NCBI GenBank assembly: GCA_963831555.1
Contig: CAWHQT010000020.1
Span: 12,099 to 76,098 of the forward strand
Length of the DNA stretch: 64,000 nt
Direction: 5' to 3'
From: an uncultured delta proteobacterium
GTDB lineage: Bacteria; Myxococcota_A; Polyangia; Polyangiales; Polyangiaceae
The translations under genes were made by a program, and so were the position numbers. Below the pieces are notes generated by a model. It was not told the DNA's origin. It ran no database searches and saw only the letters and a program-made list of their open reading frames with translations. This document shows positions 36,016 through 44,243 of the stretch, piece after piece. Every line of letters begins with the position of its first letter. The stretch's first letter is position 1.

Positions 36016-36411
36016 TCACATTTCGAGCTGCACGGTGAACTCGACCGGGCCAAAGCGCAGCGGCATTCCAGCCGGCACCGGCGTCCACACGCCTGGCGCG
36101 AGCCGCGCGCCGGATACCCAGGTCCCGTTGTTCGATGTCTCGTCGCGGACGATCAAATGCCCGCTATCGAAACGGAGCGTAGCGTGGACGCCGCTGACGC
36201 GTGGCTCGCTCAGGAAAATCGGGCATTGGGCCGGATCGCGACCGACGCGCACCTCCGCGCCCGCTCGCACCGTGTATTGCCCGACCACGCCTCGGAGCGT
36301 GGCGGCCGCGGCTCCATGGCCCGCAGGGGGGTACGCGACCTCTTGCGCGGCTCCCGGTCCGTTTGCCCTTGGATCCAATCGCGCGAAAGCCCGGGGTGCC
36401 GGAGCGCCCAC
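36016..36411 (-). CDS. FHA domain, either a separate small ORF or the frameshifted C-terminus of the upstream vWA protein
   Basis: VRVGRDPAQCPIFLSEPRVSGVHATLRFDSGHLIVRDETSNNGTWVSG is a classic FHA core. The only candidate start is GTG 36411, which directly abuts AGGAGG with no spacer. The ORF overlaps the 3' 248 nt of the upstream ORF. Confidence 0.6.
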   Translation of the reverse strand: MGAPAPRAFARLDPRANGPGAAQEVAYPPAGHGAAAATLRGVVGQYTVRAGAEVRVGRDPAQCPIFLSEPRVSGVHATLRFDSGHLIVRDETSNNGTWVSGARLAPGVWTPVPAGMPLRFGPVEFTVQLEM

Positions 36412-38515
36412 CTCCTCTCGTCACATCGCCGGCGATTGGTTGCCCGCACGAGAAACACACGGCAGGCTGGCCCGAGGTTGCCATCGTATTCATCCCGCAC
36501 GCGGGGCACTGCACCTCCACCACCGGTGCGTTCACACCGTGGGCTTCGGACGTCCCGGAGGATGGCTGCAGAGGCGCCATGGGCAGCATGGCACCCAAAC
36601 CAAGCGGCGTTGCGGCTGGGGCGTGAGGGCGTCCAATGACCGCAGCCGTGGCGCCAAAGGGGTCGGCCGCGGGCTGCATCCCGTAGCCCCCCGGGGGAGG
36701 ATGCGGCTGCGCGTAGCCGCCCGGCGGAGGCCCATAACCGCCGGGACCTCCGTAGCCCGGCGCGGGCGGCGGTGGTGTCCCTCCGCCGCGCTTGCGTCCT
36801 CCGCCGCGGAGGAGGACCAGGACCAGGAGCACGATGACCACGAGGAGCCCCGCGATGCCCGCGATCAGAATGACCGAAATTGGTTTCTTCGTCGCCTTGA
36901 GCGAGAGGATGCCCTTCTCGTCCACGGCGGACGCGCGATGGGCTTTGTTGTCATAGATGACGACGTGCGAGACGGTGTTGTCGCCCGTCCCGTCGAGGAC
37001 CTTGTCGTCATCGGGAACCGTGAACGTGGCGTATCCATCGCCCGTGGCGACGGCCGTGCCGAGCATGTGTTCGGCCTGAAGTTGCTGCATGGCCTTCTTT
37101 GCAACGTCCGGATCCCGGGTGTTCGACGCCTCGGGCTTCGTCCCGGCCGGCACGAAGTACGACTCCGCGCGCTCCTTGTCGCCGCTCCAACAGAAATCGC
37201 CGTACACCGTGAACTGGCCGCCCGGATAGAGTGGATTGTCCTGCGCCGCTTTCACGGTTTTCGCGGCGTCGATGTCGAGCGGCCATTCGGTGGGGTCCAT
37301 CCCGATCGGGACCTCCTTGAACGTGCCGTCGGGCGCGATCGCGGGGTGCGTGTTCTCGAACACGAGATTGAACGTTTGCTCGACGCTCGGATTGATGCAG
37401 CTCATGTTCCAGTGAATGAGCCACATCGCATTGAAGCGGGCGCGCACGAGGCCGATGATCGTCTTGGCTTTGGGCGCGCCCATGCCGTCTTGAACGATGT
37501 CGAAGAACCCGCCAATCTCGGGATTCGCCAGCGACTGCATGAACTGCGCTTCGTTGTTCCGATAGATGTTCTCGGTGAGGCTTGACGCGTTGGGAAGCCA
37601 GATCGAGATGACCGGAAGCGGCGTCTTCGGCAGTGACGTGTTGTCGTCCGGGAAGCGGCCTTTGTCGAGGTACTGGTGGAACACGTCCGCGCTCGGGCTG
37701 GCGCTCTCCGGGTCGCCGCGCCCGGCCCCGTTCGAAAGAACGACCATGGCCTGGTGCAGAGGCACGGTGTCGGGCTGGTCGGAGTTGCCGAGCGACCCGA
37801 AACCGTCTTGCGTCATCGTCTTGATTTCGGAAAAGAGCGCGCGGTCGCGACCGTGCGAGGGGCTCGTGGCTTTGAAGTCGTTCAGGGCATTGCCCAACTC
37901 CGCGCGCTGCTTGAACGTTTTCCACTTCGTGTCGCGAACGACCTGGACGTCGTCGAAAAACATCAAGTCCATCAGGTCGTTGGGCTGCATTTGTTCGATG
38001 AACTCGTGGGCGATGGCGCGGGCGTCCCCGAAGCGAGACCCCATTGCGCTGGAGGAGTCGATCGCGATGAGCCATGCGGTACCGACGTTGGGCCGATTCT
38101 GCGCCTTGCCCCATTGGGTCTTGTCGGCAAACTTGGTGAGTGTGTCCTCGCCGGCGACCTTGACGAGCAAGTGCGCGTTTGCTTCAGGGAAGGGGAACGG
38201 CTCCCAGAGGGCGCCGGGCTTCTCAAGTTGCTCGCTCCAGCATCCGAGGGTGGCAGCGGCCGAGACCCCGGCGCACGGTTGGAGCGCGTCGCTCAAGCGC
38301 TTGAACTGCACGACCTCGATGACCGTGGTGAGCAGCGGCTTGCCGTCCTTGAGACCGGTGCGTGGGTCGATTCGGAGGATGTGCGCTTCGGGTGCCGCGA
38401 GCGCACCGCGTCCGCTCGTCATCGAGCAGAGCAGGGACGCGAGCGCAAAAAAAAGGACCCGAAAGGACCGGCGTGCGGCCATCACGAGAGACCTCGTCAG
38501 GGGCATGGGTTTCAC
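36164..38515 (-). CDS. Transmembrane vWA protein: signal peptide, periplasmic vWA/MIDAS domain plus a large beta region, one TM, a Gly/Pro-rich linker, and a zinc ribbon
   Basis: The MIDAS motif is LIAIDSSSAMG. The TM is ILIAGIAGLLVVIVLLVLVLL. PPGGYG repeats are present. The zinc ribbon is CPACG...CFSCG. After ...PIAGDVTRGG the frame turns into Arg/Gly nonsense, while the FHA frame opens. The GTG start overlaps the upstream stop as GTGA. Confidence 0.75.
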   Translation of the reverse strand: MKPMPLTRSLVMAARRSFRVLFFALASLLCSMTSGRGALAAPEAHILRIDPRTGLKDGKPLLTTVIEVVQFKRLSDALQPCAGVSAAATLGCWSEQLEKPGALWEPFPFPEANAHLLVKVAGEDTLTKFADKTQWGKAQNRPNVGTAWLIAIDSSSAMGSRFGDARAIAHEFIEQMQPNDLMDLMFFDDVQVVRDTKWKTFKQRAELGNALNDFKATSPSHGRDRALFSEIKTMTQDGFGSLGNSDQPDTVPLHQAMVVLSNGAGRGDPESASPSADVFHQYLDKGRFPDDNTSLPKTPLPVISIWLPNASSLTENIYRNNEAQFMQSLANPEIGGFFDIVQDGMGAPKAKTIIGLVRARFNAMWLIHWNMSCINPSVEQTFNLVFENTHPAIAPDGTFKEVPIGMDPTEWPLDIDAAKTVKAAQDNPLYPGGQFTVYGDFCWSGDKERAESYFVPAGTKPEASNTRDPDVAKKAMQQLQAEHMLGTAVATGDGYATFTVPDDDKVLDGTGDNTVSHVVIYDNKAHRASAVDEKGILSLKATKKPISVILIAGIAGLLVVIVLLVLVLLRGGGRKRGGGTPPPPAPGYGGPGGYGPPPGGYAQPHPPPGGYGMQPAADPFGATAAVIGRPHAPAATPLGLGAMLPMAPLQPSSGTSEAHGVNAPVVEVQCPACGMNTMATSGQPAVCFSCGQPIAGDVTRGGGRSGTPGFRAIGSKGKRTGSRARGRVPPCGPWSRGRHAPRRGRAIHGASGRGGARRSRSGPMPDFPERATRQRRPRYAPFR

Positions 38516-39489
38516 ACGCGGCCGATCACTTTGACGATCGTCGTGAAGCCGCCGAAGCGCACGCGGTCCCCATCGCGGAGCTCGCGGCGTCCCCCGTATC
38601 CAATGTGCTCGTCATTGACGAACGTCCCATTGGTGGATCCGGTATCTTCGACGCCGACCGATCCGTTGGTCGCGTCCACCACCAGAGCCGCGTGCCGAGA
38701 CGAGATCGTCGGGTCTTGAAGCGGGATGTCGAGACCGTCCCCCGTCCCGAATCGACCGATCGTGTGCCGTCCGGCGGTCAGGGGCCAAAAGTCACCGTTC
38801 GAGTTCGTCCCATACGCCACGAGGAACCCACGGAGCGTGCGCGCTGGCGCCGCGTCGCGGCCCGGATCGTCGCCGAACGAAGGTTGCGGGGCTGGCTGCG
38901 CGGGGGGCGGCGCGTACACCGGTTGCACGGGAAAGGGCGGGAGCGGCTGTTGTGGGGAGAAGCCGGGCTGCATCGCGGGCGCGCCGAACGCGGACGCATA
39001 GGCGGCTTGATTCGGCGCCGGAGAGTAGCCGCCCTGGGCGGGGAGCGCGCCGCGCTGCGAAGGAGGCGCGGTCGCGTAACCCCCGTGCGCTCGAGGTGCT
39101 GGCCCGTATCCCTGCAGGGCCGGCGCTTGGCCGTAGGCGCCTCCGTAGGGGTCGTTCGCGAACTGCATCTGATCGAGCGCAATCGGATGACCTTGCGCGC
39201 AGTAGCTGCCGCCCGGTGCGATCTCGTGGCCCGCTTGGCATCGCGCAGGGGCCGTGGGCGGAGCGTAAGCGGGAGCCGGGGCGGGCGGATAGGCAGCAGC
39301 TGGCGTCGGTGCGTAGGGGGCGGGCGCGGCCCTCTCCTTCTCCGAGGCGAAGGTGGGCGGCGCTACCGGTGGGGCGTATCCGGCCCCCGCTTGGGGCGGA
39401 GCCGAGCCGCGCACGATAGGGGACCCGCAGACATTGCAAAACTTGTCGGCCGGTTTGACCACGGTGCCGCATTGGGAGCATGCGCTCAT
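38512..39489 (-). CDS. Zinc-ribbon plus FHA domain protein with a Pro/Ala/Tyr-rich linker
   Basis: The zinc ribbon is MSACSQCGTVVKPADKFCNVCG, and a second Cys/His pair follows. The FHA core is HTIGRFGTGDGLDIPLQDPTISSRHAALVVD...VEDTGSTNGTFVN. Confidence 0.85.
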   Translation of the reverse strand: MSACSQCGTVVKPADKFCNVCGSPIVRGSAPPQAGAGYAPPVAPPTFASEKERAAPAPYAPTPAAAYPPAPAPAYAPPTAPARCQAGHEIAPGGSYCAQGHPIALDQMQFANDPYGGAYGQAPALQGYGPAPRAHGGYATAPPSQRGALPAQGGYSPAPNQAAYASAFGAPAMQPGFSPQQPLPPFPVQPVYAPPPAQPAPQPSFGDDPGRDAAPARTLRGFLVAYGTNSNGDFWPLTAGRHTIGRFGTGDGLDIPLQDPTISSRHAALVVDATNGSVGVEDTGSTNGTFVNDEHIGYGGRRELRDGDRVRFGGFTTIVKVIGRV

Positions 39490-39611
39490 GGTGTCGCCCT
39501 CGATGCCTTCTGTGCGTCCGCCGACGAGTCGGGCGGGTGCACGAAACAGAGCATAGCGAATTGTTTATGAAAAATGCGAGGTCGACGCACGCGCAACGCT
39601 CCTCGATGGGG

Positions 39612-41009
39612 TCACACGCTCATAGCCCGCTTCGCCGAGAGGGACATCACCACGCGCAACACCTCGCGCACCGGCACTCCATGAGCCCGTGCGGCCTCCG
39701 CGCAAGCGTCAAACTCCGGCTTCATTTGTGGCGGCCCGAATGGCCCCCCGGCGATCTTCACGGCAATGAGTCCGAACGGCGTTTCCACATACTCGATCGT
39801 TCGGGGCCGTTCGATACGGCGGACATCGTAGCGACGGACCCCGAGGCTCGTCGTTTCGCGGAGCATCGTGCTCGCGAGCTCATCGGCCCGGTCTCGCGCC
39901 GCCAGGGCGGAAATCACCAACGCCGGCCGGCCTTTCTTCATCGTGATGGGCGTCGCCCACGCGTCCAGCGCGCCCGCAACGAGGAGCGCCTCGATCCAAT
40001 GAGCCGCGAGCTCGCCCGTGGCGTCGTCGATGTTCGCTTCGAGCACCGTGTGCGTTGGGGGGCCGTCCTCGGCCAGCAGCAACGCCTCACCCGCGCGCCG
40101 ACGCTCGACGTCCGGCACGACCCCCAGCACCGCCCGCAGCACGTTTGGCCGATCGCTCAAACTGGCGTGCCCCGCGCCCCACCCGGTTCGCTCCGGCGCC
40201 ATGGCCGGCCAGCGCAGTGAACCGGTCGCGTGCGCGCCCACGATGGCGGCGCCCGTCGGCGTGACGAATTCGAAGTCGAGCCCTCCGTCGTAGGTTGCGA
40301 GCCCGGCGAGACATTCAACCGTGGCGGGTGCCGGCAGGGGCAGCGTCCCATGGGCCGCGCGGACGAAACCTCGGCCCATCGGCAGAGGGGACACCCAGAG
40401 CTCGGCGTCCAGGTGGTCGAGCGCGGCCGCGCTTCCGACCACGTCCACGATGGCGTCGATCGCTCCGACCTCGTGAAAATGAACGTCGTCGATCGCCGTT
40501 CGGTGCACCTTCGCTTCCGCGTTCGCGAGACGCAGAAACGTGCGTTGCGCTCGTGCCTTCACCGCGTCGGACAGCCGCGATTGCGCCAGCATGGCGCGAA
40601 TGCTGGCGTAGGTTCGCGTTGGCTGCGGCGCGCTCACGCGCACGTCGAACGCCGTCGCTACGATCCCGCTCTGCACGCGCGTTCCGAACGTAACGTCGAA
40701 GTCCGTGATCGGCAGCGCCGCGATCGCGTCGCCAACGACCCCGCGCGGAACGCCCAAGTCGACGAGCGCGGCGATGATCATGTCCCCCGCCAAGCCGCTT
40801 GGTGCATCGAAGAAGAGCACCCGCCCGCCTCGCGGACCGGGCGGACCGTCTTCGCAGCTCGACCGACCGACGCTCGGGTCACGAACGCGCGAGCGCGGGT
40901 CCGGGCCGTACGCGGGATCGTACTCGCCGTCGCGCGCCTCTTCGTGGCCGGCGTGTTCATGGCGGAGGCCCAAATCTCCGTCGCCGTGTTCGTGTCCCTC
41001 ATGCCCCAT
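39612..41009 (-). CDS. larC: LarC-type nickel insertion protein (DUF111 family) with a His-rich N-terminal extension
   Basis: ATG 41009 lies after GGAGA. MGHEGHEHGDGDLGLRHEHAGHEE is followed by FDAPSGLAGDMIIAALVDLG...HFHEVGAIDAIVDVVG...MKKGRPA, the typical LarC/DUF111 motifs. Confidence 0.8.
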   Translation of the reverse strand: MGHEGHEHGDGDLGLRHEHAGHEEARDGEYDPAYGPDPRSRVRDPSVGRSSCEDGPPGPRGGRVLFFDAPSGLAGDMIIAALVDLGVPRGVVGDAIAALPITDFDVTFGTRVQSGIVATAFDVRVSAPQPTRTYASIRAMLAQSRLSDAVKARAQRTFLRLANAEAKVHRTAIDDVHFHEVGAIDAIVDVVGSAAALDHLDAELWVSPLPMGRGFVRAAHGTLPLPAPATVECLAGLATYDGGLDFEFVTPTGAAIVGAHATGSLRWPAMAPERTGWGAGHASLSDRPNVLRAVLGVVPDVERRRAGEALLLAEDGPPTHTVLEANIDDATGELAAHWIEALLVAGALDAWATPITMKKGRPALVISALAARDRADELASTMLRETTSLGVRRYDVRRIERPRTIEYVETPFGLIAVKIAGGPFGPPQMKPEFDACAEAARAHGVPVREVLRVVMSLSAKRAMSV

Positions 41010-41082
41010 GACGTCTCCGGTTCGAAGCTCCCGAGATCCCGTCGGCCCGGGCGCATGTGAAGGCGGCGCGCTCGGTACCGAT

Positions 41083-41844
41083 TCAATACCGATCGCGCAT
41101 GCGCAGGATTCGTGCGGCCGCGTAGGCGGCCCCGAAGCCGTTGTCGATGTTGCACACGACCACCCCGGCCGCGCAGCTCGACAGCATCCCCGCCAGGGCC
41201 GCCAAGCCTCCGAAGCTGACGCCGTACCCGATGGACGTCGGCACGGCGATGACGGGCCCGGCCACCATACCACCAACGACACTCGGGAGTGCCCCTTCCA
41301 TGCCCGCGACCACGACGACGACGGCCGCGCGTTCGAACACTTCTCGCTTGTGGAGCAGCCGATGGATTCCTGCGACGCCCACGTCGTAGATGCGTTCGAC
41401 TCCGGCGCCCAGCATGCGCAACGTTTCGGCACACTCCTCCGCAACGGGAAGGTCTCCTGTCCCCGCGCTGACGAGCGCGACCGGCTGCCCTCCGAGCGGC
41501 GCAATCGACCGATGCTCGATCGTCGCGATTCGCGCGAGGTCTACGTACCGGAGATCCGGCAGCTCCGCACGAATCTCGCTCGCCTTCTCGGCGTCGAGCC
41601 GGGTGACCAGCACGTTCTGGCCTGTGCGCGAAAGTTCGCGTGCAATTCCGATGATCTGCGCTGCCGTCTTGCCGTGCCCAAAGATGACTTCGGGTGCGCC
41701 CTGCCGGAGCGCCCGATGATGGTCGACGGTCGCGTAGCCGAGGTCGGCGTAAGGCAGATCACGCAGTTCAGTCACGGCATCGTCGATGCTGGTGGCTCCG
41801 CGCCGCACGCCTTCGAGGAGCTCGCGGAGTCTTTCAGGATGCAT
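41083..41844 (-). CDS. larB: LarB-type pyridinium-3,5-biscarboxylic acid mononucleotide synthase (PurE-like)
   Basis: DHHRALRQGAPEVIFGHGKT...VALVSAGTGDLPVAEEC...VVVAGMEGALPSVVGG...VIAVPTSIGYG is the typical LarB layout. The start is ATG 41844, or possibly the upstream non-ATG start at 41868. Confidence 0.8.
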   Translation of the reverse strand: MHPERLRELLEGVRRGATSIDDAVTELRDLPYADLGYATVDHHRALRQGAPEVIFGHGKTAAQIIGIARELSRTGQNVLVTRLDAEKASEIRAELPDLRYVDLARIATIEHRSIAPLGGQPVALVSAGTGDLPVAEECAETLRMLGAGVERIYDVGVAGIHRLLHKREVFERAAVVVVVAGMEGALPSVVGGMVAGPVIAVPTSIGYGVSFGGLAALAGMLSSCAAGVVVCNIDNGFGAAYAAARILRMRDRY

Positions 41845-41919
41845 CAGGTCCGCGGCGAACCCTAGCACCGGGGAAGGCCGGGGCCTACACTCGCAGGCTC
41901 CGACGGACTCGGACGCCTC

Positions 41920-42498
41920 ATGCCGATCTTCTTCGCTGATCTCCTGGGCCTCGCGCTCGGCGCCGCGCTGGCCTGGGTTGCAGCGCCCGAGCTCGCGCGA
42001 AGCGACGGCCCCTTCGTTTTCTCTCGGCCCTTCACCGTAGTCCTAGTGTTTGCAACCGTCGTGTGGTTGCCTATCGTCGCCTACTTTATCGCGTTTCACG
42101 ACAACTGGTCCTATCTCTACTTGGTGCCGCGGAGGCAGGTCCCGAGCGCCGTAGACTTGGCGCTCGTCCTCCTCGCGGGCGTCACGGTCGTCGTGGGTTT
42201 CTCGGTAGCCGCCGGCCCGCTGCGCCGCCATCGCCTAGGGCCGGTGCTCGGGCTGATCCTTGGCCCGGGCGGAGTGACCCTCGCTGCTCTTCCATTCGCG
42301 GCTCGACGACTCGCGGTCAGCGCTACGTATGCGCAGTTTCACGGCGATTTTGGTACCGAGCCGATTGGCGCCAGTTTGCTGGGCAAAGGCGTCCTCCTTA
42401 TGGGCACCGTCCTCGTGGTGGCGGTGGCGTGGACCGTGCGCTCGCTCACTCGGATGGCCGCCGACGGCCCCAGCGGTGGCGAAGCGAGACGGCGATGA
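41920..42498 (+). CDS. Hypothetical integral membrane protein (about 5 TM segments)
   Basis: 192-aa ORF with repeated hydrophobic segments. I recognise no family. Confidence 0.55.
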   Translation: MPIFFADLLGLALGAALAWVAAPELARSDGPFVFSRPFTVVLVFATVVWLPIVAYFIAFHDNWSYLYLVPRRQVPSAVDLALVLLAGVTVVVGFSVAAGPLRRHRLGPVLGLILGPGGVTLAALPFAARRLAVSATYAQFHGDFGTEPIGASLLGKGVLLMGTVLVVAVAWTVRSLTRMAADGPSGGEARRR

Positions 42499-43208
42499 CA
42501 GGGATGAGGCAAGGGAAGCCCCGAGCGGGAGGTCATACGCGATCCCCGCGCGACCCCATCGCCCTGCGCGCCTTACCCCTGCTAGCATGCGGCGGTATGT
42601 GGGTGAGAGGCGCGGCCATCCGCCCAGTGCCGCGGTATGCGGTCGTTGACGCGGCCACGCTCGAGCAGATTGAGCGGGAGCTCGCCGAGGACTCGTCCGG
42701 AGCGCGCGATGCTCTCGACGAAGCGTTCGCCCGGTTCGAGTCGACGCAGCCTCACCTCGCCGATGTCCTCGCCCACGTCTTGTCCAAGCCTCTCGATGAC
42801 ACGGCGCTGGCCCTCGGCTACTTCCTCACGATCGCCACCTGGCTCGCTTTCGAGCGCACTTTCGGCAAAGCGCGCTTGCGCGAAGTGTCGCAAGACGCCC
42901 TCGACGCCACCGAAGAGGCGATCAAGCTCGAGGAGGAGCTCCGGGCCACGCACGGTGACGAGCCGTTCGATCTCGACGACGTGGTGTCGATCGAGCAGCC
43001 GAACTTACTCGCGTTCGTCCACGAGCATGTCGACGCGGCGCTCGATCCCGCGCCGCGCGACGGGAGCTCCTCGCCGACGAATCGCGACGTGGACGTGGAC
43101 GACGTGCACGCCGTCTACCGCGCGATCGTGCTGCTGACCCTCTGCCTGTCGCACGCTGTTCTCTCCGTCGATGGCGCGTCGCGCGGCGGCCGGGAGCTGA
43201 TGGCGTGA
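42495..43208 (+). CDS. Hypothetical acidic protein
   Basis: The ATG overlaps the upstream stop as ATGA. An alternative start is near 42597. No motif is recognised. Confidence 0.45.
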   Translation: MTGMRQGKPRAGGHTRSPRDPIALRALPLLACGGMWVRGAAIRPVPRYAVVDAATLEQIERELAEDSSGARDALDEAFARFESTQPHLADVLAHVLSKPLDDTALALGYFLTIATWLAFERTFGKARLREVSQDALDATEEAIKLEEELRATHGDEPFDLDDVVSIEQPNLLAFVHEHVDAALDPAPRDGSSSPTNRDVDVDDVHAVYRAIVLLTLCLSHAVLSVDGASRGGRELMA

Positions 43209-44242
43209 GGACCGAAGCGTTGGCCTTGTCAACGCACGGCGGCCCGGAGGTCCTTGTCCGCCAGATGGTCGAAATCGGCGAGCCGGGCCCGCGCGACGTG
43301 CTGATTCGCGTGCGTGCGGTCGCGTTGAATCATTTGGATCTGTGGGTTCGGCGCGGCCTCCCCAATCTCAAACTCACGTATCCACATCGCCTGGGAAGTG
43401 ACATCGCCGGGGAAGTCGAAGCGGTAGGCGCGTTCGCGCGGGGCGTGGCTGTGGGCGATCGGGTCGTCGTGAGCCCCGGATTGTCGTGCGGCATTTGCCC
43501 TCGCTGCTTGTCGGGTGAAGACAACCTCTGCCTCCGTTACGCCATCCTGGGCGAGCACGTGAGCGGCGGCTACGCGCGGCATCTCATCGTGCCGGACACC
43601 AACATTCTTCCGTACCCGGGCGATTTGCCGTTTTCCGAGGCCGCCGCCGTGCCTCTCGCCTTCTTGACGGCCTGGCAGATGGTCGTCGTCAAGGCACGCC
43701 TGCGCCTGGGCCAAACGATTTTGGTCCACGCCGCGGGGAGCGGCGTATCCACCGCGGCGATTCAGATCGCGAAGCTCCACGGCGCGCGCGTCATCGCCAC
43801 GGTCTCCAGCGACCTGAAGGCCGAGCGCGCGCGCGCGATTGGAGCCGATCACGTCGTCAACTATTCCCACCAAGACTTCGTCGGGGAGGTCAGGCGGCTC
43901 ACGGGCAAGCGCGGCGCCGACGTGACCGTGGACCACGTGGGCGGTGACGTGATGGCCAAGAGCATTCTGGCTACGGCAACGGGCGGACGCATCGTGACCT
44001 GCGGAGCTACCGCCGGCTTTTCGCCCGCGATCGACCTCCGCCACGTCTTTTTCCGGCAGATCGAAATCCTGGGTTCGACGATGGGGTCGAAGGGTTCGCT
44101 TTTCCCGATCCTCGAACACGTGAGGACCGGCCGGCTCCGCGCCATCATCGATCGGGTCATGCCGCTTTGGGACGCGGCGGACGCCCATCGCGCGCTCGAG
44201 GCCCGCGAGGTCTTCGGAAAGATCGTGCTCGAGGTGAATTGA
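43205..44242 (+). CDS. Zinc-type alcohol dehydrogenase / quinone oxidoreductase (MDR superfamily)
   Basis: The start overlaps the upstream stop as GTGA. GSDIAGEV, the structural-Zn loop CGICPRCLSGEDNLC, and the Rossmann motif VHAAGSGVSTAAIQIAK are present. Confidence 0.85.
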   Translation: MRTEALALSTHGGPEVLVRQMVEIGEPGPRDVLIRVRAVALNHLDLWVRRGLPNLKLTYPHRLGSDIAGEVEAVGAFARGVAVGDRVVVSPGLSCGICPRCLSGEDNLCLRYAILGEHVSGGYARHLIVPDTNILPYPGDLPFSEAAAVPLAFLTAWQMVVVKARLRLGQTILVHAAGSGVSTAAIQIAKLHGARVIATVSSDLKAERARAIGADHVVNYSHQDFVGEVRRLTGKRGADVTVDHVGGDVMAKSILATATGGRIVTCGATAGFSPAIDLRHVFFRQIEILGSTMGSKGSLFPILEHVRTGRLRAIIDRVMPLWDAADAHRALEAREVFGKIVLEVN

Positions 44243-44243
44243 G

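Noticed and set aside
41010-41504. N-terminal extension of larC to 630 aa, overlapping larB
   Set aside because: The extension is a shadow frame of larB. ATG 41009 has a GGAG RBS and precedes the His-rich tract plus the DUF111 core.
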